From Sphaerodactylus townsendi (taxonomy: Eukaryota), in contig NC_059436.1 of NCBI RefSeq assembly GCF_021028975.2, forward strand, positions 25,482,001 through 25,546,000: 64,000 nucleotides of DNA, given 5' to 3'. The number at the start of each line of letters is the position of its first letter. Position 1 is the stretch's first letter. Shown here in pieces: positions 1-12,000 of the stretch. Position numbers and translations under genes: made by a program. The notes below the pieces were generated by a model that saw only the letters and a list, made by a program, of their open reading frames with translations, made no database searches and was not told the origin of the DNA.

Positions 1-254
1 TTTCACAGTTATTGGATTGCACCCTACTTAGCTCCTGCCTGTCGCCCCTGTCCCCACTATTTCTTTACAAATATATGGTAGTGCTGTAGAAAAACATTAC
101 TGTAGAATACTTAACAATCTTCTAGCCGTCTCCCCAGTAGCCTTCCACAGTGGGGTCCTAAGATTGTCTCTACTCCCTCGTCAAGCGGCTTCGCAACACT
201 GAACCCTGGTTCCAGTGTTAGTGTGCCCCCTCAGGTTCCTTCAGGCGCACAATT

Positions 255-975
255 AAAAAAGGGGATTTTGTGAGCGACGCTTGAAGAACTGGAAATTATG
301 CTTTAAAGAAATACAATATAGGGATATCAATATAGTAGCATTACTTATATAGATCTCTCCCTCTGCTCTTAGGTTAGGCTAACTACATTTCTTAGTTAAT
401 TACCCAGACAAGGAGCCCCCCCCATCCCATAGGGGCTAATTTACTGTTAGATATTGGAGAGATAATGACCCCACTTTCTCGCTTATGCAGAGATAGCCAT
501 AAACAACCTGGAATGTCCTAAACTTGACCCCGTCCTCGATTTTTCCTGGCCTCTCAGGAACTTGGTATGACCTTTACTGTTGTTACAAGAAGTACCATAA
601 ACACGGTGATAGCCGGAGAAGCCAGGATGCAATAGATAACTGTTCTCACATTCACTTGGGTTAGAGATGCACTGCTTGGGAACTTGCACCAAATGTTTGA
701 CGATGGGATAATTTGTTGCAACCCCTAAATCTTTTGCAATGTATGTGACTCTGCTTTTGATGTAAATCTCTAAAGAGACCCTCTTGAAACCCTGGACCTT
801 TCTACCAGTTCAGTGCAGCTCTCATTTTAGGTGGGATCTGTGCTGGCTTAGAAATAAACTCTGCTTTTATTCTGAGTAAGACTTTTGTCTGTGATTGGGA
901 ACCTTTGCCTCTCTTTCTTCCCTCTGGCTTGAGGGGAGAAGAGTTCCCTTGCCCTTGGCCTAGGTGGCTGTAACG
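255..975 (+). mobile_element. Probable ERV/LTR-retroelement 3' LTR preceded by a polypurine tract
   Basis: AAAAAAGGGGA (255-265) then TG at 269; internal AATAAA at 853-858; lower GC than the flanks. The terminal CA is not clear. Confidence 0.35.
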
Positions 976-1039
976 GAAACTCTAGATAGAGAGGCAGCTC
1001 TATTATATTCATAATAACAATAATTCTAATCTGAACCTT

Positions 1040-1205
1040 GCCAACACCTGCGGTGGGGTTTTCAAGGCAAGAGAAGCTGGGAGGTGATTTGCCATTGCCT
1101 GCCTCCCCCTGGGCTGAGGGAGTCCTGAGAGAATTGTGACTGGCCCGAAGTGACCCAGCAGGCTTCATGTGCAGGAGCGGGAAGTCAGTTCTCCGCTGCC
1201 CTTGA
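1040..1205 (-). mobile_element. Sauria-type SINE fragment
   Basis: ggggttttcaaggcaagaga...gaggtgatttgccattgcct core, shared with copies at 10.3, 16.5 and 58.9 kb. Confidence 0.55.
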
Positions 1206-1698
1206 CCACAACATCATTTACCAAACACTCCTGTACACGACCCTATAATTCTGCTCGCATGCACAGGGGCCCTTATTCACGTGCAAGCGTGCCCTGTAGC
1301 ACCTGATGCGCGCGCTCTCTCACGCCTGCGCGCACACTTTACATAAGGGACCTTTAATTCCCCTGCCAGCGGCAGCATGTGCGGCCGGTGACTCTGCCTG
1401 CCAGGCACGGGGGGTGGTGGGGGGTGGGCACAGCTGAGGAGGAGGAGGAGAGGAGGAGGAGGAGGCCGGCGGGGGCCTTCCTGGAACCAGCCGACGATGA
1501 GCCAGGCGCTCCGTCCCCGCACGCCCCCTCCCTCCCTCCCTCCCGCGCCCCAGTCACAGGCCAGCCTGAATGGGGAGAAGGGGCAAGGCGGGAAGGCCAG
1601 TGATGGGGGGGGGGGGGTGTCTCCAGGGCAGAGTTGCGGCTGGCGAGCCCGGCCAAAAGCCCCCTCCCCACACACTAGAGCTGCCCCTGCTAGCATCA

Positions 1699-2900
<1,202 letters not shown>

Positions 2901-3889
2901 GGAAGACCCCGTAGCCAGCGGGCAGGTTGGGGGGTGAGCAGCACACCTGCGCCTGGCCTCGGCCCCTCGCCGCTCCCCAGGCTGAAGCCAGGCTTCCTAC
3001 CCAAAGAAGCCTGAAAACAGTGTTGCACCTGCCGTGTCTGCCTGTCTTTGTGCGGGAGTCGTGTGCCAGAGCCAGGTGTGTGTGTGTGTGTGTGTGTCTG
3101 TGAGTGCTTTTCACTTGGGAGAAAACCATGCAGAAAACTAACAACTCCGTGAACACAGTTGCAAACTAGATGCCTGTATTTCTATTGTTATTGTTAATGG
3201 CTTCATTTATACTCCGACTTTCTCCACGGGTCTCAAGGCAGGTTACAAATAAAAGTGGGATAAAAGCATTTGAATCTACCAACAAAGACTACCTGTCAAG
3301 CAGAATAAGAGGCTGGGCCTGCACCAATGGATGGCACGGCCCTTCCCAGGAGCAGGAGGCCCGACTGTTTCGTTGGCTTGTTTTTCTGGTGGGATTTCTT
3401 ACATTTGTTCTGATTTGGATGCTGGCTGCTCTTCTGCCGTTTGGCAGACTGCGCAAGACAGGAATGTGCAGCAGAGCATATTTGCAAAGGGGCCGGAATG
3501 CAGAATCACGCAACCGCCCTGCTCCGGAGGCTGCTTGGACGAGGGACGGAGGAGGAGGAGGAGTGTCTCATGGCACGGAGAGTCCTTCTCTGCTGCCTCG
3601 TCTTCCGTTCTTGCAACACTTAAGTTGCCCTGCTTCGTATTTCAGTTTGAGTCTGGCTGCGTGGCTTCTTGGAGGTCCTTGTTGCCTGGTCACCATTGGC
3701 TAACTTTGTGACCTGCCTTGAGGCCCAGTGAGAAAGGGGGACTACAAATGAAGTGAGGGAAATAAAAAGGAGCATGCAACTCTGTCTTCCGTGCTCCTTC
3801 TAACTGCACAGATTGGCTGGAAGGGGAGGGCGGCCTGGAGCCAGCAGAGGGTTGTCCTCGTTTTGGCCTTTCAGTGCAGGCCCAGGAAG

Positions 3890-4035
3890 GTGTGTGTAGT
3901 GGTTAGAGGGCTAGACCACGGCTTGAGGGCCCGGGTGCAATGCCCAGCCCAGTCACCCTGGAAGCTGGTGGGCTTCCTGGTCAATCCCTCTCTCCAAGCC
4001 TAATCTACCTCATAGGGCTGTTGTGGAGGAAGCAT
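3890..4035 (+). mobile_element. Old CORE/MIR-like SINE remnant
   Basis: tRNA-like head gtgtagtggttagag and cctacctcatagggctgttgtg core. Confidence 0.5.
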
Positions 4036-5004
4036 GGGGATAGGTAGAGAGCAGGGCTCCAGCCTTTCTTGGGGCTCTCTGCTTCTGGAGGCACCTGGCA
4101 GTTATTTATTTGTTCCATTAATACCATTTGCGGTCATAGAGGCTCTTGTGTTGGGGACTGGATTTCCTGACTGGAGTTCAAGCGCTCTATTCAGAGCCAG
4201 CCTGGGAAGCTGCCGAAATTCAGGAAAAGCAGCTCCTGCTGTGTCTAAATATGATTAAACAGAGGCTGCAAAAGCCCCTCCTCACAACTGCCTTTAAAAT
4301 GAATTTGAGCGTGTGGAGGGGGGAATTAGTGGGCGAGCAGCTTTCCATGCAGCCGCAAAGACTACAGCTGCCACAAGGCAGTGGGGCACAGTCCAGCCTC
4401 TGGCCTTCCGGAGGCCTGATCAGTCAATCATCAGCCTGCTCCCGTCCCTCAAAGGCTGACCTGCAGAGATGAAGCCAGAGGAGGCCCTCGCTTGGCTCTA
4501 GGGGAGGCCGTCTATTAGCCTATTCCAAGCAGGGTGGCTGCGTGAGCCCTCCCTGCAAGTGGGGCCCAGAAACCTCCCAGGATTGGAACCCCCTTTGGAG
4601 ACCCCGGCCGGCCGCTCTGGAGGCTGAAGCCCCGACTCTCGTGTTCTATCTAGTCATTTATTTTGGACTCTTTAAATTCAACGGATTGAGCGCCCTTCCT
4701 TCCCCAGACAGAATCAGGGTAGCTTACATTAGGAAACAATATGATCGATAAAATATTATCATCTATGTCTGACCTCCATTAATCTCTTCTAAGGGGAATG
4801 AAACCTTTATACCCCCCCTCCCATGAAATCTAGTATTCACCCCATTCTGCTTCTCTCCCAGGGTCCACCCGTCTGCAAGACCCCCCCCCCCCAAATCTGG
4901 CAACCTGTTCTCATGAATGGCCACCATGCGGATCCTCTTCTCTGCCTGTCAGCGAGGCAGCAGGAAGGCTCAAGGTGACCTGGCGGTTTAAGCCCACAGC
5001 TTAT

Positions 5005-5165
5005 TTCGCAGCTGCCCTCTGCTGAACTAGACCAAGGCTCACTTGGGCTGCTCAGACTGACAGGCGACAGGCGGAGGTCCCTCCCCTGACCTCCTGCTGC
5101 CTGGAGATGCCGGGGATCGAACCCGGGAGCTTCCGTATGCCAAGCAGAGGCTCCACCACTGAGCC
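5005..5165 (-). mobile_element. tRNA-derived SINE
   Basis: Reverse complement has A box ggctcagtggtggagc and B box ggttcgatccc followed by a SINE body; related copies at 40588 and 44140. Confidence 0.6.
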
Positions 5166-5958
5166 CTATTAGCCTCCAGTAGCAGGATATGATTTTCCAT
5201 TCCTTTTGCTTTCAGGGTCAGCTGCGGCGTCTCCCCCCCCCCCCCCGGGGAATCGTGCTGGTTCTCCCAGTGGGTGCAGAGACATCCGCTGACGTTCCAT
5301 CTTGGGTCCTAATCCACTAAAGCTCTTGCTCTAATCCGGAGCAGGGGGGGGGGGGGGGGGGAGATAGCAGCATCAGCAGCTGGTTCTGTGGCAGACCTGA
5401 GATCCACATGGTTGGCTCTTCTACCTACAAGCAGCATGGGCTGGTCAAGCACTCCCCCAGCCAGAGCTGCCAAGCCCTCCTACAAGGGAGGAGGGGAACG
5501 GCAGGGCTGCTGGCTCTCCATTACAAGCCCCCCCCCTTGAACAGAGCTGGAGGGGCTTACCCATCTTCCAAACTCAGTACGGCATGGCTGACACCGCCCC
5601 CCTTTATCCTCACAACCACCCTGTAAGGTAGGCTGAGAGTGAGCCTGACCTACGTTTTGCAGAGGGTGGGGGGAATGGACACCACAGTTCTTGGCCTGAG
5701 GAACTCTGAGCAGCAACTATGCTGGCCGTGACCATCAGTGCTTGAAAGAAAGTGGGGCATGGCCACCAGAAGCGCAGGTGGGCCAGGGAGCAAGAGAGGG
5801 CAGGGGGTGGCAAAAACCCCGCCCCATGCAGAACCACGTAATCACCCCAATTTTTAACCCCCCCCCCCCCCCCCCCAATAACCTGAAGGTGCCTGTCTGA
5901 GTGGGCCAGAAAGGAAGGAGAGTCTGGAGGCGACCCAGAGCGCATCGTTCCCATGTTC

Positions 5959-5964
5959 TTTAAT
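5959..5964 (-). terminator. Possible C2CD2L polyA signal (implies a 3'UTR of about 3 kb)
   Basis: ATTAAA on the minus strand at the end of an AT-rich stretch (5960-6120). Confidence 0.35.
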
Positions 5965-8900
5965 AAGTTAAAGGCCACACAGCAAGTGGAACTCTCCCAA
6001 CATATACAAAGGTGCAGAGTGTCACAATCATGATTTAAATACTTTTTAAAACTCTAGTCCTTTAAATATCTACACAAGTCCTATTTCTTTTGATCTAAAT
6101 GACCTGGGGTTACAATAATTCACCCACAGAAAAGGCCTCGGGTACAGAAGAGCCCCCCCCCCACTTTGGGGGGGGGGAAGGGGGAATCAGGTCAGGCTCA
6201 GTTTGGGGATTTGGTCCAGCAGCTGCACCAGTGAAGAAAGGGGGCACAACAGCTGCACTGTGAAGGGGTGGGGTGGGGGTCACACATAAGTAGGGGAGGG
6301 GCGACAGCAGCTCACCCATCCCAGAGCTCCATGCTCCCCTTGACCCTGCTGGCCAGGAGAAGACTGCCAGAGCAACAGGTGCACCCCCACCCACCCACCA
6401 CAAGATGTCACGGCAGCCACGAGGCCTCTGCTCTGTCCCTACTCCCCGACTCTGAGCCACGAGAGACGCTGCAGGAGGGGTGCCACCTGCCTGGAAACTC
6501 CGGCACGGCCTTTGCTGCCCAGGACACAGCCCAACCCCCCCCCCCACTTCACAGGACCTTGCAGGTCAAAAGACGCCATCAGCTCTTCCCCTCCAAGCAC
6601 ACCTGCTCAGTGTGGGGCCCGAGGTCACTGCGCTTCCACGCTGCCTTGGATAGAAGACTGAGAAGCCCTCTCAGCACCACCCCCCCTTGACAAAAAAGGG
6701 AACAGGAGAACAAGCTCTTTCTCCTCCGCAGGCAGAGAGACGAGGTCGGAGTCATGCCTCCCGGGGGGGGGGGGGGGGTTCCTTCTCAGAGGCTCACATT
6801 CTTTGCTGGCTTCCTCGAGGCTTGTATGAAAATACATCCCAGTGCTCCTTTCCCACAGGAGGCTCACTGAACCTGAGCCAAAGACAGCTCCCCGCACCCC
6901 CACCTTGGTGGTGATGCCTGTAACATGAACAAGAACATCCTCCCTCTGGCACCTGTGCTGCACTGCGGGTCAGACCCCAACTCTTCTGGACGCAGCAGCC
7001 CTCAGGCGGAGGGATCCGGGCAACCCCTCGCCTCTGGGCCCCCACCGCTCCCTGTGAAAAGGCGGCAAAGCATATTTAGACTGGCTGCAAATTGGGAAGA
7101 GGCCGATGGCTTCGTCAACCGCGCCGTTTGGCAGCAATGCCCACCCGCCCGCATGGGTTGAAGCTGGTCTCGGCAGCCATCAAGTTTGCAGGTAGTGCGC
7201 AGTGGCCTCCGGGGTCCTGGTGCAACTACAGACCTTCCTTTCCCTTGCAAGCCACAGCTGGGGGACCCCCAAAGAGCCTGCCTGGAAGCCCCCGATACCC
7301 GCTGAAGCAAGGGCCTTAAAGGAAATGGGGATAACGATGCCAAGGGTGTGATCCTCCAAACCCACCCTGGCTTTACTCCGCTTCAGAATGGAAGCACCTG
7401 ACCCAGCTGCTCCCAGTTGGAGTGGCTGGGGACAGGCTGGCAAGCAGGAATCTGCCGTGCTTCAACTGGACTCATTCCTATGGAAAAGGTGGTCCCTGTG
7501 CTCATGTGCGGAGGGCTGCTGGTGGAGCTGCCATTCCCGTCACCCCTCAGCCAAAGGAGAGCCACAGCTGCGTGGATCAGGCTCAGCCAGAGGGTGCCCC
7601 AGGGACCACCTTTCCACTGCGAGGGGAGCAGGACAGGGGCAGCTGGAGGAGTCTGTGCAATTCATCCCTGCTTTCCTTCTCTCGGAGAGCAGTGTGTCTG
7701 GCCTCTCGGGTGCCCCAGTGCACGTCTTGCTGCCAGAAAAAACCAGCTCCACATACAGAGCTGCGAAACACATTCAGCCCACCAGCACCTGCCAGCACAA
7801 ATCTCCCCCCCCCCGTACCCTCCCCCAGCCTTTCCTGTTTTCATTCCTTGAGAAGTTCATCTTGGATTATGCTTCAGCGCAGCCTTGGGTGCCTCTGCAC
7901 AGCAGAGCCCACGGCAGGATTTCACACAACCGTTTGTCTCACACTTGCCCTCTTCTGCCGTGGCTGGCCTCTGTTAGGGACAGGGAACAGCAAGTACTCC
8001 CAAGGGCAAGAAACAGAGAACTGGGGGGTTGGGGCTCTAAAGCAATTAGCCCAGCCTGCTTACTTACCCCACCCTCCTCACCTGCTTTTCTAGGCCCATC
8101 TATCCCCTTAAACTGCCTGCAGTCAAACCCCACCCCCACCAAAGGAAAGGCATTTTCTCTCTACCAAGCGTCTCCTGCAATTGTTGTAAAACCTGAGAAT
8201 TGACCTTTTGAGTGACCCCAGAGCTTGTCTCCCCATTATCAGAGCCCCCCCCCCACTTCCCCCCACCCCATACCTACCTGCAGAATGGGACCAGCCCACT
8301 CAAAGCAGATTCACCCCTCTTTCCCCTCACCACACTGCTTACTTGCTTGGGGTGCGGGGCACAGGGATTCCAAAAAAAGCCCCTCCGGGGCTTGGAGATG
8401 TGCCCCAGCCCCTCCCCACCCACCCTAGAATGCTCTCTGTGACATCCCCCCTCCCCGGCCACTTGGTCGGCCTCCCCTCTCATGCTCCACAGACACAGAC
8501 TGGGACAAAGGAGGATGAAACCCCAAAGAGCTAGCGCCACAGGCAGGCAGGCAGGATGCTCCTCCGTTGACAGAGCTGTCCCTCCAGACAAGCAACACTC
8601 TGGAGTCTTGGAGAGTGAAAAGACGGGTGTTTCCACGCACAGGAGGTCCCTGTCTTCAGCCGGAACACTGGCCTCCTTCCCCTCTGCAGCGGTGCCCACC
8701 AGAAGAGGGAGAGGAGCTGCACTCCAGATACACGCTCAAAGCCACCTTCTCTGCCACGCGCTCCCAGGGCCTCCCGTTCAGGCTGAAGTGGCGAGTGCAT
8801 CCTTCTCCCACACAGTGCCCAGGTTAGCTCCACACAGGGATGACAGGGCATTCGTGGGCACTCCACGGCAAGAGCTCCAGACAGCAACTGTGACCCCCCC

Positions 8901-9028
8901 CCCCAGGCAGACCCTGGCAGCCACTCCCTTTTCAGGGGAGGGGAGAGGAACGGAGGCCGTGATGCGAAGACAGAGTGGGGGAGGCGTCGACGGAGGGTCT
9001 GCTGGAGAGTCTTCCAGGGAGCAGAGGC

Positions 9029-12000
9029 TCAGGGCTTGTCTGCGGCCAGGGTGCTGCCGTTGGCCTTCGGCTTGGACTTGAAGGAAAAGCGCTTGATGAG
9101 TCGCCGGGAGAAGCTGCCAGATTTCTTCCTGGGGGCTGAACTTGCACCGGCCTTTGACAAGTCGTCGTGGGACTGGCTGAGGCCGGCTTCCTTCTGTTTG
9201 TTCTTCCTTCGGAAAATGAGCTTGGTGCCACTCCGCAGAAAAGTCACTACAGCGGGAGAGAGAAAGGGCTAGCACAGGGACCCAGCTGGAGCCACTGTGC
9301 CGGCCAGACCTTGGACAAGCGAATGGGGATGCCGTTTGGGCGCTGGTCATTTCCTACTCAGGCTCAGCCCAGATGCAACAGGCAAAGGGGGGGGGGCTCC
9401 TGGGGAAAGGCAGGCACCTCTGGCCATTATGAGGGAACACGCCAAGCCCCTGAACAACAACACACAAGCCAGCAGTGCGACTCCTAACACTTTGGCCCCA
9501 CAGATCCTGGGGGAACTAGCTGCAGACATTCTTCCTTTGAAAGGTCTCAGACTGGGACTCAGCTGCTCTCCCGGGGCTGAGCAGCACAGTTCAGACCCCC
9601 CCTTGCTGAGTTAGAGGGTTAGTGGAGCAGGGGACCGGGCAGGACAGCGGTGCTCCATATGCGCACACACACACACACAGGCCCCCGCCCCACACACTTT
9701 TGTGGAGTTAGACCCCTGAAAGAGAGTCTGGCATAAATATACCCAAGGGGGAAAGGTTGGGACTGTGGTGGGAAGACAATAGCTTCCCTAGAAGTGGGTT
9801 CAAACCCCCCCCCCCCCCCGCGCACAAACAAACTGATCCCCCAGCCTTTCAGAGGCTCGTAGCCCAGGAGGCCAGGATTGGGACCCCCGAACTTGCAGTA
9901 AGAACCCCGCTAGCTGGAGACAGAACAGCTCTGGTGGTTTCTGCTTGTTCAAGTTCTGCAAGGTGGATGTTGCATTTGGTTGCATTCTGACCTTCATGGG
10001 GGCTGGATTAACCCGGGCCCAAGGAAAGTGGGGCCAGTTTCACCTGCGGGGGTAACTGCTAGCTCTCCCCGCACAAACAGAGGTTCAAGTGAGAGGCAGG
10101 GCTCTTGGGGGGCTGCAAGCAGCTGTTTCTTGCCCCAGAGAGCCATGACCAGATGGACTTGCTCTCCACGCTGCTCTGGTCTCCTGGGCCTGGCAGAGGA
10201 TCACCAGGGTCTCAGGCAGAGACCCCCCCCCTCTAAAACCAGTGGGGGGGGGAGAGCTGTCAAGTCGCAGCCAACTTATGGTGGCCCCTGCTGGGGTTTT
10301 CAAGGCAAGAGATATTCAGAGGTGGTTTGCCATGCCTGCCTCTGCGTAGCAATTTTGCTGGTGGTCTCCCATCCAAGCACTAACCAGGGCCAGCCTTGCT
10401 CAGCAGCCAAGATCTGAGGAGACAGGCCTGGCCTGGGACATCCAGGCTGCTCTAAAATGGGGGCACTTCTGCCGCTGACCCACAGCCCTCCCTCCCTGCC
10501 CCGCTCCTCGCCAAAGGCCACCGAGAGCTGCAGCCAGAGGCATCAAGGGCCACAGCCTGGCGTGGAGGCTGCTGCCGAAGACCCTCCCCTTCCTCACCTT
10601 TGTGGTCTTTCAGGCTCCTGGTCTCCAGAGCCCCCGTGGACCCAGTTTCCGACTCCACGTCCTCCACCGAGGGTCTCTCCGAGATGTCGGAGCGGGTGGT
10701 CTCATCCAGCTCCTGACTGGCCCGGTGGGCGGAGTAAGAGGCCTCCTGCCCTGCGGTGCTCTGCGTGTGGTCCAGCATGCTAGCCATGACGGAGTCTTCG
10801 TGGAGGGCAGCGTCCAGCGAGGCCGCGTAGCCCAGGGACAGAGCCATTTCATCGTGGGCAAGGGGCACCTGGGGAGGGGGGCAACCAGAGCGACAAAACT
10901 GGTAAAGACCAACAAGGGAGAGGCGCCCCCCAACCCTGCCCAAGAAATGGCCGCTGACAAAAGGCTGAGGAGTCACCAGGCACCTTAGAGACCCCTGAGA
11001 TGATGAGGGTGCTGCGCTTGGTCGGCGTCTTCTTGACCGGTCTGTTGGTGGCGTCTGTCAGTTGCCTGATTGCCGCATCAGCGACGGGGTCCAAGCCATT
11101 GGAGAGATGGCTGCTTCCTGGGTGAACGAGACCACGGTTGGGGCCACGAGTTTGTGCATTTGGTGGCAGAGCTCCCAGGGGCTGCGGAGGAACCCTCCCT
11201 GCCCTGCCCGAAGGCTGGCTGAGGCTGGTCTTTATGCTGCCTTCACTATGGCCAAGCACTGAAGCAAGCATGTGCAAAGGGCAGCAGGACCGTCCCCAGG
11301 GGACATCAGCCCCTCCACCCCCAGGCCATTCCTTACTGGGTGACTTACTGCTACTAGTGGGCGAAGCACTGCTTGGGCAGCTGTTCTCCGGAAGCACGGT
11401 GGTCCCCTTCTCCGTCACTTCCACCTTGGAGGGGGACCTCGAGGGTGAATCTGGAAGAAGGGTGGGGGCACAGCGAGTGAACGAGGCCCCACCTGATCCC
11501 CCCCTCCCCACTCAGACCCGTGAAGCTGCTTCCTCGCTGGCCCACACAGCTCAGGGGTGTCGACCTTGCCTGGGTCCCCAAAGAGCTGCTTCCACGCAAA
11601 CAGGATCCTGCACTTCTAGTTTCACTTATTTACTGAAACACTTCCACTCCACCCTTCCTTGTGGCTCAAGGTGGCTTACAGTAATAGTTAAAACATCCCC
11701 TGCCAAAATTAAAATATGAAGCCCCAAATCTCTCCCCCCACCCTCAAAAAATGGCTGCCACTGAAACTCCCAGACAAAAGCCAGGCCAACAGGCAGGCCT
11801 AGCGGCATGTCCTGAAGCCAGTGACATCCAGGATCCATTCATGCCCCACAAGGGGAGGACAAGTGGGGGTGAAGAACAGCATCTTGGCAAAGGGCAGTCA
11901 GCTCCAAACAAGCCCTTTAGAGACATTCCTGCCTTCCTCCTACTGGACATCTGGGACGCCAGTTGAGAGCCCACCTTCTGCCCGAAATCCACAGATGAGT

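Noticed and set aside
7388-8203. 271-aa plus-strand ORF
   Set aside because: No recognisable homology or exon structure; lies antisense in the probable C2CD2L 3'UTR.
10360-10447. 5S rRNA gene
   Set aside because: Partial, diverged and fused to a SINE body.
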